A stretch of DNA of 64,000 nucleotides from Callorhinchus milii (GCF_018977255.1 NW_024704742.1:22942001-23006000); one strand, 5' to 3'; positions 12,430 through 25,533 are shown, counted from the first letter of the stretch. Numbers and translations: made by a program. The notes: generated by a model not told the origin, from the letters alone.

Positions 12430-14428
12430 CCTGCTGAACCCGCCGCCTCTTGTCCCAGCGAGCGCATCTTGGCTGCTGCCCCCGACCCGAGCTGGCCCTC
12501 CCTCAAAATGCCCTCCTCCCTGCAGCTCTCCCACTCTGTCCGGCTCTCTCTCCGCCCTCCCCGCCTCCTATCTCTGCTTGACCCCCCCCCCCACCACCAC
12601 TGCCTCCCTCTGCTTCAGCCTGGGAATCCTTCGCCGGGCTCATCGTGGCACTCGCGCTGGCTGCATCATGGCACTCACAGAAACCTGGGTCACCCCAGGT
12701 GACACCTTCTCCCTCACTGAGGCCACACCACCCGGCTACACCTACCACCATGCCCCACGCCCCAACCGTGGTGGCGGTGGTGTGGCCCTCATCTCCAGGG
12801 CGTCACTTGCCCTATCCCCCTACTCCACCGGCTCGTTCCTCTCTTTCGAACACTTTACCCTCTACTATCCCTCCCACCTCTCTCTGAAAATTGTCTTACT
12901 TTACCGCCCCCCAAAATCCTCTCCCACCTTCATCTCTGACATCTCCACCCTCTTTGCTTCCCTCTGCCTCTGCTCCGACCGCTTCATCATCCAAGGCAAC
13001 TTCAACCTCCACTTCAACCCCTCCTGCTCCATCTCCTCAGACTTCTCCTCTCTCCTCTCTTCTCTCAACCTCTCCCTCCACGTCCACTCTGCTACTCACA
13101 CCCACGGTCACCCGCTCGACCTGGTGATCACCCGGGGCCTCAGTCTCGGATGTCACCATCACTGATGAGGCCATCTCTGACCACCATTTCATCTCCCTCA
13201 ACTCCCATATCCCTCTCCCCACTGCCTCCAAACCTACCACCATCCTCTACCGCCCGTGGAAGAAGATCTCCCCACAATCCCTCTCCGCTGTCCTGGAGTC
13301 CTCTGATCTCCTCCCCTTCTGGTCCATCTCTCGCAACAACCCACTGGCTGCACTCACTCTTCTCCACAGCACCCTCTCCACCACACTCGACGTCCTTGCC
13401 CCCCACACCTCCCAAACTGACTCCTATTCCCGATCCTCACCCTGGTTCACCAGCCACCTCCGCTTGCTTAAGGGCCAGGTACGGGCTGCCGAACTCACTT
13501 GGCTCAAATCCGGTCTATTGGTCCACCGCTACATCTGGCTGGACCTCATCAAGACCTACTGCTCCGCTCTCGCCTCAGCCAAATCATCCTATTCCAGGTT
13601 AATCCTGGAGGCGAAAGGCAATCCTAGGCTCCTGTTCTCCACCACTAACCGACTCCTCCGCCCTCCCCGACAAGCCTCGCAGATACTTTCCTCTGACTCT
13701 CACTGCGAGAAAATGCTGGACTTCTTCAAGTCCAAAATCGAGGGAATTCGCTCAGCTGCCACTGCCCTCCCAACTTCCATCCCTCCCTACCCCCACCACA
13801 CACAATTACCCATCCGACAATTACACATCCCTCCTTCCACACCTTTTGAACCTGTCACCCCCTCTTCTGCCTTCAACACGGTAACCTCCATGAAGTCCAC
13901 CACCTGCTCCCTCAACCCCATCCCTACCCTTTCCTTAAATCTCAGCTCCACCTCCTTGCCCCACTATTCACTGACATCATTAACCCCTCCCTGTAATCTG
14001 GCACTGTTCCTTCCCCCCTCAAAACAGCCACTATCACCCCCACCTTGAAGAAACCTTCCCTCGACCCGTCATAGCTATCTAGCTACCAGCCCATCTCAAA
14101 TCTTCCCTTCCTATCCAAGGTCCTTGAAAGAACCGCTGCCTCCCAGCTCCGCTCTTTCCTCTCCTCTCATTCCCTCCATGAACCCCTCCAATCGGGTTTC
14201 CGTGCCGCCTTTGACACCGTGGACCACTCAATCCTCCTCCACCGTCTCTCCTCCCACCTCAACCTTCAAGGTTCTGTCCTTGACTGGTTCAGGTCCTACC
14301 TTTCACACCGCCTCCACTTCATCGCGTCAAATGGCTTTTCCTCCAGCCCCCGCACTGTCTCATGTGGCGTTCCTCAGGGCTCTGGCCTCATTCCCCTCCT
14401 CTTCACCCTCTACATGCTCCCCCTTGGT
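12430..14428 (+). mobile_element. L2 LINE, 5' portion (APE endonuclease and part of RT), degraded
   Basis: Motifs ALTETW, RGGGVA, LYRPPK, GNFNLH, THTHGHPLDLVIT, SDH (frameshifted), [30 protein letters not shown]. Has frameshifts and internal deletions and is cut off before YADD. Confidence 0.93.
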
Positions 14429-15321
14429 ATGAATCACACAATTATTGATTACGATTTATACATGTTTGCATGCACACCGACTTCACATAAATCCTATTAA
14501 ATGTTATGCTCCCGACTAATACAACTTTTGTAAATTTTCCTCCACAAAAAGCTTGCATCGCAAGATGCTTTTTGCTCAGCCTGGACAACAATGCTGAAAC
14601 GTTTTTAGGAGGAAAGATTTTCAACCCCTTATGACAGCACAAAGCACACTAGTGTGTAAAGGTACAGGGAGAATTATTCCAATTTACTAACTTTGGCAGG
14701 AGAGCGTGTACAATCCTCCCAACATGCAATGACCTTGGTGGCTTGAGCACAGTTCTGAATTTGTATCATAAATTTACTGATGATCAGAAAATCATCCCCA
14801 ACTCCCCACTGGGTGTCAATCCTCCAGAGCTCGATCTGGGCTCCAGTGGACACAAGCACTTTATATAAGTACTTCAGAGGAGATTAATAAGATGCTTCAG
14901 GAGGTGCTGAGATGGAATCACATAGTCTAAGCTGACAATCCAATGCAGCACTTGAGGTTTGTTGCATTGTCGGAGGTCCTGTCCTTCGGATGAGATGTTA
15001 AACCGAGGTCCCGTCTGCCTGCTTGGGTGGATGTTAGAGATCCCAAGACAATATTGGAAAAGAGAAGGGAGTTTTTCCCGGTGTCCTAGCCAACAAATCC
15101 TTCAAATAAAATTGGTCGCTCATCCATGGCTGTTGTGGGATACTGCTGGCACAACTGGCTGCCGTGTTTCTCCAACAAAATACAATCAATCCACTTTACA
15201 GTATATCCTGTGAAGCTCTTTGGATCATCTCAATGTTATGAAAGGTGCTATATCAAATACAAAGATAATTATTACTATAATTATTTGGCTGTTTATATCC
15301 AGTCACTTGGTCTCTAACTTT

Positions 15322-15649
15322 GTGGAGTCCTGTAGCTCAGTGGTTAGAGCACTCGCTTTGCAAGCGAGAGACCTGGGTTCAATTCCAGGCAGGGTGAAAC
15401 CTTGGGCAAGTTTCCTTACTCCACACAGAGCCTAATAATAATCCCTCCAAAACCAAAAACAGTAATAAAATTGGTCATTTTCAATCTTCGACTGTTTGTG
15501 GGACATTGCTGTGCGCAATTGGCTGCCGCGTTCGCCCACAAATATACAGTCAATTCACTTTACAGTGTGTTCTGTGAAGCACTTTGGGACGTCCTCCCGA
15601 CGTGAAAAGCGCTATATCAAATGCAAGGATTATTATTATTATTATTATT
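15322..15649 (+). mobile_element. SINE family A (tRNA-Ala-like head, partial CORE-like domain, L2-type tail), full length
   Basis: A box TAGCTCAGTGG, B box GGTTCAATTCC, TGC anticodon loop, CCTTGGGCAAGTT, tail GGGACGTCCTCCCGACGTGAAAAGCGCTATATCAAATGCAAGG(ATT)n. Confidence 0.92.
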
Positions 15650-16509
15650 CTCTATCCTGAGGACACACAACATAATAGGCCCTGCTCTCTTTTCCACTCC
15701 TCAAGTGGAGGATATGTTGAGTCAGGTTTGTGAGCACACACTGAATAGTCAACGATCAGGAGCTAGGAAGACGAAACACAGCATAGCTCACTGATGGCAT
15801 TTACACAATTAATATTAATAATATTTGATATAGCACTTTTCACTTTGGCGTGGAGGGTTCTATATAAATCCAAGTTGTTGTTGTTTCAAAACGCTGCACA
15901 GGATTTACTGCAAAATGTAATGTCTGTGTATTTTGCAGGAAGAGATGTTAGAAACGTAAACATTGTGACTGTAAACATTGTGAATAGTTCATTTTAATAA
16001 AATTATCCATGGCAATATTCAAAGAGAGAAAGGAGTTTCTTCTGTTTTTTCTCTCCTGGTGTCCTGGTCAACAATCCCCCCAAATAAAATTGGTCACTCA
16101 CTCCGTGGCTGTTTGTGGGATATTGCTATGTGTAATTTGGCTGTGTGTTTACCCACGTCACTTTACAGTACATCTTGTGAAGCACTTTAGGATGTGAAAG
16201 GCGCTATATCAAATGTAAGGATTATTATTATTAATAGTATACCATTTTGACCTTCCATCTTTTTTAAAAATATCAAAATCTAATGCAAAGATTTTTAATA
16301 GATTCATTAGAATGTGAATTTTAGTCTGAGTAAAATGATGATAATAATAAAAATGATCCATCAAAATTATAATCATCGACCAACCATATAAAAAGAACAG
16401 ATAAGAATTTCTCTCTAACAGCAACTCTCAATATCCGATTCGTTTCACGTTGTTGGCTTCTGAATATTGGGTGAGAGAATGCTCTGGCCAACAATCCCTT
16501 AAATAAAAT

Positions 16510-16598
16510 GCAAACCTGAAACATTGACTTACTTTCCTTTCGCCATAGATGCTGCCTGACCTGCTGAGTGTTTCCAGCGACATCTGTTTTTGCTTGCA
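16510..16598 (+). mobile_element. 89-nt retroposed insert with a 17-bp target-site duplication
   Basis: GAAACATTGAC...GATGCTGCCTGACCTGCTGAGTGTTTCCAGC flanked by AATCCCTTAAATAAAAT (16493-16509) and AATCCCCTAAATAAAAT (16599-16615), within a Deu-SINE 3' part. Confidence 0.7.
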
Positions 16599-17447
16599 AA
16601 TCCCCTAAATAAAATTGGTCACTCACTTTGTGGCTGTTTGTGGGGCATTGCTCTGCACAAATTGGCTGCCAATTCTAATTGACTACCACTTTCGCCTACA
16701 AATGGGCTTCCACTTCATGTCACAATAAAAAAAATCCTGTAAAGCTTTTGAAGACATCTTCGTGACTTGATCAGGTGGAATATGACATGCGAGGATTATT
16801 TAAGTAAAATGAGCAAAGCCCTAACTCTAAAATCAATCAAGCTAAATCCAACCCTAACCGTAGAGCTCAAATGTGGGATTCTATTGCCAGATAAGGATCC
16901 TTCACTATCAAAGAAGCATGTGTTGCTACAGGACATAAACCCTTGGCAGGGAGTGTGCAGTGAAATGAGTATTTAAACATGTAAGTGCACGGAGAGTGCA
17001 CAGTGAAATGAATACGTGCAGGGCTATCAGAATAATAATCCCTGCATTTGCATTTTGATATACTGCCTTATCACATTGCCGAGATATCTCAAAGCGCCCC
17101 ACAGGATATACTGTAAAGTGTTTTTGACTGTATGTATTGTGGACAAAACGTGGCAGCTAGTTGCACACCGCAATGTCCCACAACCAGTCGTTGCCAATTT
17201 TATTTGAGGGATTTGTTGCCAGGACACCGAGAGAACGGTTTCAGGACTTACTGAACCTGTTTTGCTGTCAAATCCAGATCTCTGGAGCTTCCATTCTGAG
17301 GTTGATAACCAATCAGATGTTTGCCAGGAACAGTAAACCTCTTGTACTGTACTTCATTGTTTGGTACTTGACAGCTCAAGTCTAGCTGAGTTCAGGAGTC
17401 CCTTTCTCCTCTCTTTCCTCTCACACCCTTCAACCAGCTTCAAGGAC

Positions 17448-17883
17448 GTGGAGTCCTGTAGCTCAGTGGTTAGAGCACTCACTTTGCAAGTGAGAGACCT
17501 GAGTTCAATTCCAGGCACAGGGCGAAATCTTGGGCAAGTTTCCTTACTCCACACAGAGCCTAATAATAATCCCTCCAAAAACCAAAAACAATAATAAAAT
17601 TGGTCATTTTCAATCTACGATTGTTTGTGGCACATTGCTGTGCGCAATTGGCTGCCGCGTTCGCCCACAAATATACAGTCAATTCACTTTACAGTGTGTT
17701 CTGTGAAGCGCTTTGGGGGGTCCTCCCGACGTGAAAAGCGCTACATCAAATGCAAGGATTATTATTATCATTATACGATCAATTCACTTTACAGTCTATT
17801 CTGTGAAGCACTTTGAGACGTCAAAAAGACGTGAAAAGCGTTATATCAAATGCAAGGATTATTATTATTATTATTATTATTAT
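17448..17883 (+). mobile_element. SINE family A, full length, followed by a second 3' tail (17779-17883)
   Basis: Near-identical to 15322-15649; the 3' ~105 nt is repeated in a diverged form. Confidence 0.9.
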
Positions 17884-18305
17884 GGTAAACTCTAAGAATG
17901 GGCAAATACCATAATGGAGTATAGTAATAATATACCCTAGCAACTGATATAATACATACAGTGTCAAAACATTTCCAAGAACTTCAAGGTCATACAGCAT
18001 AACATGCTGGCAACTGTATTTGTAGGCAGATGCGATGCAGTAGTCAATTTGCAATAAGAAGCCGCGAAGTGAATGATTTAATTATTCTGGAGAATTGTTG
18101 ACCAGGACACTGGAAAAGCTGTCATCTCTGTGTGACTATTACTGGAGTAAACATAAATAATAATGATCGTTGCATTTGATCTAGAGCCTTATCAAGTCAT
18201 TAAAATGTTTCAAAACATTTTGCGTACAGCAATGTCTCACAAACAATAACAACAACTTGCACTTATATAGCGCCTTCCACGCAGGGCAGCATCTCAGAGC
18301 ACTTA

Positions 18306-18626
18306 AATAATAATCCTTGATAATCCTTGCATTTGATATAGCGCTTTTCACGTCGGGAGGACGTCCCAAAGCGCTTCACAGAATAGACTGTAAAGTGAAT
18401 TGACTGTATATTTGTGGGCGAACGCGGCAGCCAATTGCGCACAGCAATGTCCCACAAACAGTCGTAGATTGAAAATGACCAATTTATTATTGTTTTTGTT
18501 TTGGAGGGATTATTATTAGGCGTGTGGCGTAAGGAAACTTGCCCAAGGTTGCGCCCTGCCTGGAATTGAACTCAGGTCTCTCACTTGCAAAGCGAGTGCT
18601 CTAACCACTGAGCTACAGGACTCCAC
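18306..18626 (-). mobile_element. SINE family A, full length
   Basis: Reverse complement of the family consensus; inserted within an L2-type tail. Confidence 0.92.
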
Positions 18627-20435
18627 TAAGCACATTTGAAGGTGAGGTTAAGTGAAACAGCCATCAAGAATCCAGCATGTGATTGAGGCTAGTTCTCAGC
18701 ATTGGTAAAAGGCATTAGGTGCCATAGAGTCAAAGGAGGATTTAATTTCTTAAACCCTCACATGATTGCATTCTTCTTTGAACAAGTGATTGAACCCACT
18801 GCCTCCATTCACTCAGAGCCCATAGCTACTGCCCCACCAGAACCTCCTGGTACTTCAGGGCAGATGGGAAAATAGGCAGGCATACATTTACCCTCCGCTC
18901 CCATCAGGGACCCTTTCAGTATCAATGCCTCTCATCCCAGAGTACTTGCCCTACCTAAAATGAGTCAGTGCACGCAGCTCAATAGGGAAATGCCATCTGT
19001 CTTACTTCCAGGGATTTCAAGCACAGATTTCACATTCAAAAAGAAACATTGATTTATTATTGTGCCAACTACAGTATCTAAGGAACATATCATGCTTAAG
19101 AGTATTCAAAACTAGACCGAGACAAATGTACGTCACTTACATATGGAAATTTCTATGTGTTCAAAATGGAATGCACACTCTTTCCATAGAGGGACACAAC
19201 CCACTTACCAAATTCCGGAATTCAGTGTGTTCAGTGCAGAGGGACAGGGATGAGAGGCATTTGGTGGGGGGGGGGAGGTGGGGGGTTTACCATGACCTCC
19301 TGATTTCCCAAGGCCCCACCGCTCGCTGATTCGCAACTGTTCCTGCGAGTCAGTAATGATTCCATTGGCAAGTACATCACCTTGGAGTCAGCTCAGATCC
19401 CACACCATCCCCAAGAAAGTTAATACTAGCTCGTCAGGGTTTACAGGTCACACCAGAACAGTGACAGATTATCTGTTGGGGCCTGTGGTAGCTTTAAACT
19501 GCAGCAGGATATTGCCTGATATCAACTGAATGTCATGTAGTGGGGCACATGATCTTTACTCAACTTGTCGCTAGATAACGATTCCCCTAACTCAGAGACG
19601 CAGCATTGACCAGAAGATGTTTTGTTAACACTGAAAAACAAATCATTCTGAAAATTACGCTGACAGTAATGATTTAATGGATGATAATCATGACCAGAAG
19701 AAGACAGATGTGGAAATGGCAGATTGCTCAAGTCAGCTCTTATTAAATGCAGTCTTATCTGTTCAGCATCTGTCTTCCTCTGCACTGTGCAGAGATAATC
19801 AAGCAGATGTGGTGCTCTTGCTATTTCAGGATACCTAAGAATACAATACAATTCACATTTGCAGTTGCCTATGCCTATCACATCGGGAGGACATCTCAAA
19901 GTGCTTCATAAAGCTGGCTGGGCACACGGGGAGGGAGGAAATGAGGGAGGGGGAGGGAGGGAAAGATGACTGAAAGTGCAAACAGGGAGGTAAGTCTTAA
20001 GGCAGGCATTAAAAGTGGGGAGGGAGGTGGTCAGAAAGAGAAATGGAGTTTCAGAGCGTGCGCAGGGCCAGAATGGCTGATACTGGGCGGATCAGGCAGG
20101 GGTTATGAAACAGACCTGTGTTTATAACAGTTATAAATTGAAGATGCTGCAGGTAGGGAGGATCATCTTTGACTGATGCAGTGTAATATCCTTATTAATG
20201 ATGATAATAATAATGTTTGTATATTGTCCATTACTCAGAACATGAAAAAGTCTCAAAGAACCTACATAGGATATTCCCGTGAAGTGTAGTGATTATCTTT
20301 GTTGGCATTTATGCACAGCAATGTCGCACAAATACCAGTGAAGTGAATGATCAATTTTTATGGGGGGATTATCAGCCAAGAAACTGAGAGAAACTCCTTT
20401 GCTTAATGAATAATGTCATAGGATCTTTAATATAT

Positions 20436-20745
20436 AATATTCCTTGCATTTGATGTAGCACTTTTCACGTCTTTGAGACGTCTCAAAGCACTTCACAGAA
20501 TATACTGTAAAGTGAATTGAATGTATATTTGTGGCCAAAACATAGCAGCCAATTGCACACAGCAGTGTCCCACAAACAGTCGTGGATTGAAGTGACCGAT
20601 TTTATTACTGTTTTTTTTCTTGAGGGATTATTATCAGGCGTGTGGAGTAAGGAAACTTGCCCAAGGTTTCGCCTTGCCAGGAACCTAACCCTGGTCTCTC
20701 GCTTGCGAGGCGAGTGCTCTAACCACTGCGCTACAGGACGCCATG
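20436..20745 (-). mobile_element. SINE family A variant
   Basis: Same architecture with tail variant TTTGAGACGTCTC. Similar copies at 3805-4095(-) and 22998-23277(-). Confidence 0.88.
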
Positions 20746-23358
20746 CCCTGTATCCACTTGTCGACTTGAAAACACAGGTGGGACCTTTTTAGGAAGAAAA
20801 AAGACCTTTTTTTGTCTTCCAAAAAAAATTCACACCTAGAATTTTGAGGGAAGAGTGCTTTAACATTAGTGTAAATAAATGTTATTACTTGGGTAGTTGT
20901 ATGAGTCGGTTTTCTGGTGGATAAAATGAATCCAAATGTTCAGTTTCTGGTGGGAAGGCCAGCGCACTGCAGGATTGATATGCTCTAGTAGGTTCTGTCC
21001 TTCAGTGAAAGAAGAATTTTTTTTTGCTTTTGCGACATTGCAAGTGTATTTGCTACTCACACTTCCAAAACAGTTATAAAGCAAAGTTTCCAATTCTAAT
21101 TTCTTAATGTAGAAAATTATCTCCTCCCCATCTGCCAACCAAAAAAACATATACAGTTACATGCAAAAGAGAATTATAGGAGGACTTAACACAATGTGGA
21201 ACAAGAAAGGATTATTCAGGCTATCGAGCTCCCTCCCTCAATAGTTTGTGGAGGACTTGTAGGAACAGACCAGTCACAAGAGGGTACAATTCAATTCACT
21301 CAGCTCCTGTTAACCCTGCAAACCAAAATGCTAGTTTTCCAGTTTCTACAATGACACACTATGCAGTTTCACCTGGATGAATTCCAGCAGTGCCCCATCG
21401 CACACTCTTTGGTGCCTAAGGTTCGATTGTTGCCAAATACACCTAAACTTTCCAGGATTAGGTAAGCAAGGTGCCCTATACAATACAATTTGTTTATATC
21501 GTATGTTTCACATTTATATTTATATTGCACTTTCACATGCCTCAAAGTGCTTGACACTGCTGGCTGGGTACCCAAGCTAGCAGTAAATATGAGAGTAAGA
21601 ATAAGCTCAACAATGGGTATCTGAGCTTTTAATAAAATGAATAAATGTCATAAACCCTGGAGTCTTACCTGCTGTATTTGTAAAATGTATGTGAAGCATT
21701 AATTGGAGCCTCCAATGAGAGGTCAGATAGAGGACATGATTATTACAGGAAGCCACCAGCCCCATCCCCCCACCGCAACCCCAACCCAAACCTCCCCCCC
21801 CATTTGTTTTTTGATCAGCCGGGTGCCTGACACAAACGGAAACCCATCAGCATACTTAAGGGTATCCAAATCAGACTGAGAGTTCCGTGCATCCCATCCA
21901 CTCATAGAAATTCCAGAGATGATTTTTGGAAAGGAATGAGCACTCTCTCGCTTTAGGGACAATCCTGCTTACCTATTCCTGGAAAGTACAAGGAGCAGGT
22001 TGGCTAGAGCCAAGTTTTGGGTATGCGTTGGTGTACTGCTAGAGTTCAACCAGTTATTTAAGGGTAGTTTGTCATTGCAAATGGTACCATCAAGAGAGGA
22101 GGAAGGGATGGGGAGAAACTTGCCTAAAGGAAACTGGGAAAGAGAATAACACATGAAAATGCTTTATATACAATTTACTAGAATCCATAGACTTGATGGT
22201 GTTGATCTTAATGCTGCTTAACAGTGGAAATAATTGGCCAATATTTTTAGCTGTAATTGGGCTTTTGTAGGGAGCAGTTGTGTTGGTTTCCTCCTATTAG
22301 CACGATTCTTATTGCAGGCCACCTTCATCTCCCACCTACCTTCTGAGGCTGTGGAGGGGTTCACAACAATCTTTTTTGGGGTGTAAATTGCAGTGCTTCA
22401 TATGGGATTTCTTGTTAAACAATCCCATTAGTATTCCCATTGATCTCTGTAGATTGCCCTGGAGCAGAGTTCCAATGGGTTCCATTATTGACATACTTCT
22501 GTTATTGAAAGGAGTCCTCATTTATGCGACTCTAATTTTCTTTATTAAGGAATCCCATTAAAAGAAACTGCTTATTAGCCCCCACTATAGGCTGGTATTG
22601 TTCAGCATGTGAACATTTTGCCAATGAATTCAGTGAGAAACTCCATCCTTTTCAAACTTCTTTCACCAACATGTGAAGTTGAACTAGGCTTCGTTTCCTT
22701 ATTTCATTTGGAAGATCATTTTTTACTGTACCAGATGGGCAATAAAACCAGGCTGATTTATAAAGGTCAAGTGGCTCATTGGTGGATTAAATCTGTGTAA
22801 TTTCAACTGACCTTCTACTGGATGGTTTAAATTACTCTACCCAGTAAATTACCATTGAAAAATGATGTTCTAGGTAGTAAATATGTAGAGTTGCCAGCCA
22901 TATACTCTCAGTATCATCTTAACTCCATATATTTGAAAAATAATTCATGTTCCTTTAAACCTTAAACAACTGGAAGCCACCACTGTTGGCAGGCAGTTAT
23001 AATAATAATAATCCTTGCACTTGATATAGCGTTTTCACGTCTTCTAGATGTCTCAAAGTGCTTGACAGAATATACTGTATACTTTGTGGGTGAAATGTAG
23101 AAGCCAATTGCACACAGCAGTGTCCCAAACAGTTGTGGATTGAGTGACCAAATTATTTTTTTTTCTTGAGGGATTATTATCAGGCATGTGGAGTAAGGAA
23201 ACTTGCCCAAGGTTCGCCCTGCCGGGAATTGAAATCAGGTCTCTCGCTTGGGAAGCAAATGTTCTAACCACTGAGCTGCTGTTGGTATAAGGATATGAGT
23301 ATCTTTTCGTGGTACATGATAGACCAGGCTGACAGTGCTAATGTGTTTTACGGATTGA

Positions 23359-23677
23359 TAATAATAATATAATAATCCTTGCATTTGATATAGCGCTTTT
23401 CACATCGGGAGGACGTCCCAAAGCGCTTCACAGAACACACTGTAAAGTGAATTGACTGTATATTTGTGGGCGAACGCAGCAGCCAATTGCGCACAGCAAT
23501 GTCCCACAAACAGTCGTAGATTGAAAATGACCAATTTCTTATTGTTTTTTTTTGGAGGGATTATTATTAGGCGTGTGGAGTAAGGAAACTTGCCCAAGGT
23601 TTCGCCCTGCCTGGAATTGATCTCAGGTCTCTCGCTTGCAAAGCGAGTGCTCTAACCACTGAGCTACAGGACTCCAC
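23359..23677 (-). mobile_element. SINE family A, full length
   Basis: Reverse complement of the family consensus. Confidence 0.92.
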
Positions 23678-25080
23678 AAGTACAGTCAGTACAGAACTTA
23701 TTTGTACCACACCAGATTTTCTAGATTCCAGCTTTATGTGTGCACTTACCTTAGATTATACATCTGTGACTCACCTCATATCTCACTGTGATTCTTCAAG
23801 TAACCACTCTGAGGATAATCCCCCAAAGAGTTCAATAGATCCCAGTAAGAACCATTCTGAGAGCTGCTTCCTGTACAATCCTTCTATTATTTGAGCTCTT
23901 AGTCTATCAGTTCCAATTTCCTATCCTCATTTCCTAGCTGCTTGTATAGTATTCGCTTCACTTTTAAGTGCTTGTTTCTCTACCTCAAACACTTTCATAG
24001 GTGAACAAAGCCTCGGTAATGCAGTGAGCTCAGAGTTGTCACAATGTTCTTTGAATATATTTTATTCAAGGTCTTTAAAATAACTGAAAATTCTGCAGAC
24101 ATAAGTTAAATTGTTGGAGAGATGGTAGACTTGACAGTTTGCCTATTTGTCAAAGTTCCCCTTTATTGTAATGAGATATTAGGGAGTCAGCCAAAAGGCA
24201 CATTATAATGAAGGTAAAGTAAGAGAAAAACAAAGAAAAGTGGCTTAACTTGTTCTAGGATTCTGCCTTTAGCTGTCCTGTCTCTTAGTTCTTTGTGATT
24301 CTTAAACAAATACCTGCTCCCGATATACATACACTAATCCAGCAGGCAACATCTCCCATTGCATTTAGTGCATGTCCAACCTCCACAGAAGCCCACTGAA
24401 GCCCCTCTTGAACCACACTTTGCAATGCATTAGTTTGGGCCAAATGACCTGTAATTGGTGTTGTCAATTCTATACAGTGGGCAGGTGTACCTTAGGTAAA
24501 TCTCCCTCCTATAATTGCTTGCATGTTCAAATGCGAGAGTCAGGACATATAATTATATATGAGGAGTCAGAATGACTGCTTTGTTTACCATTGTTTTGGA
24601 AAGAACATTGGTTGTTGGAACACAACACCACCAACCTACCTCCTTAGTCCATCAACCAGTGAATATATGTTATCAGCTCTTATGTTGGATATGCACCTTA
24701 GCTTCCTATCATTGGCATCAGGAATGGGGAAAAGTACACCTTTGATGGTATTGTGATTTTGCAACTATTCCCCACACAAACTATCTTTGCAAGTAATTGT
24801 AACACATTGTTCCCAGGACAGTACAACAACAACAACAACTTGCACTTATATAGCGTCCTCCATGCAGGGTAGAGTCTCAGAGCGCTTAACAGTGGCGGAG
24901 CCTGACTCTGAGCTGGGGAGGCGTGGGGAGGTAGCCGTAAGCATGGTCGAAGAGGAAAGTTTTCAAGCAGGGACTTGAAAAAGGGGAGAGAGGGGGCAAG
25001 GCGGAAGGATTGAGAGAGAGAGTGTTCCAGAATTAGGAATCAATACCCCTTCCTCTTCACCTGGGATATATTGTGGATTA

Positions 25081-25533
25081 AATAATAATAATAATAATCA
25101 AAATCCTTGCTTTTGATACAGTGCCTTATCACATTATTGAGATGTTTGAAAGTGCTTCACAGAATATATTGTAAAGATATTGTGTATTTTGTGAACAAAA
25201 CACAGCAGCCAATTGTGCACAGCAGTGTCCTACAAAACAGTTGTGGGTTGAGCAACCACATTATTTTTTGGAGGGGTTATATACCCCCGGAAAGCGATCC
25301 GCAATTGACGAACAACCAGGTTCTACTTACTGCTAGGTAACTAGAAGCATGTGGAGGAAGAAAACTTTCTTAAGGCAATGTTCTTTCCAAAACAATGGTA
25401 AACAAAGCGGCCATTCTGACTCCTCATATATATAATTATATGCCCTGACTCTAGCATTTGAACTGCCTGGGAATCAAACCCGCCTCCTCTCGCTTGTGAG
25501 AGAGTGCTCTAACTGATTTGCTATGGGGCTCCA
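25081..25533 (-). mobile_element. SINE family A long variant carrying an 88-nt foreign insert
   Basis: Tail, body, CORE-like part and head are all present; 25376-25463 is non-SINE sequence. Confidence 0.82.

Noticed and set aside
15325..15397. tRNA-Ala(TGC) gene
   Set aside because: It is the head of a multi-copy SINE, with a non-canonical acceptor and T loop, and no oligo-T terminator after the cloverleaf.
19326..19353. 10-bp hairpin CTGATTCGCA/TGCGAGTCAG as a structured ncRNA
   Set aside because: A single short stem with no other ncRNA hallmarks.
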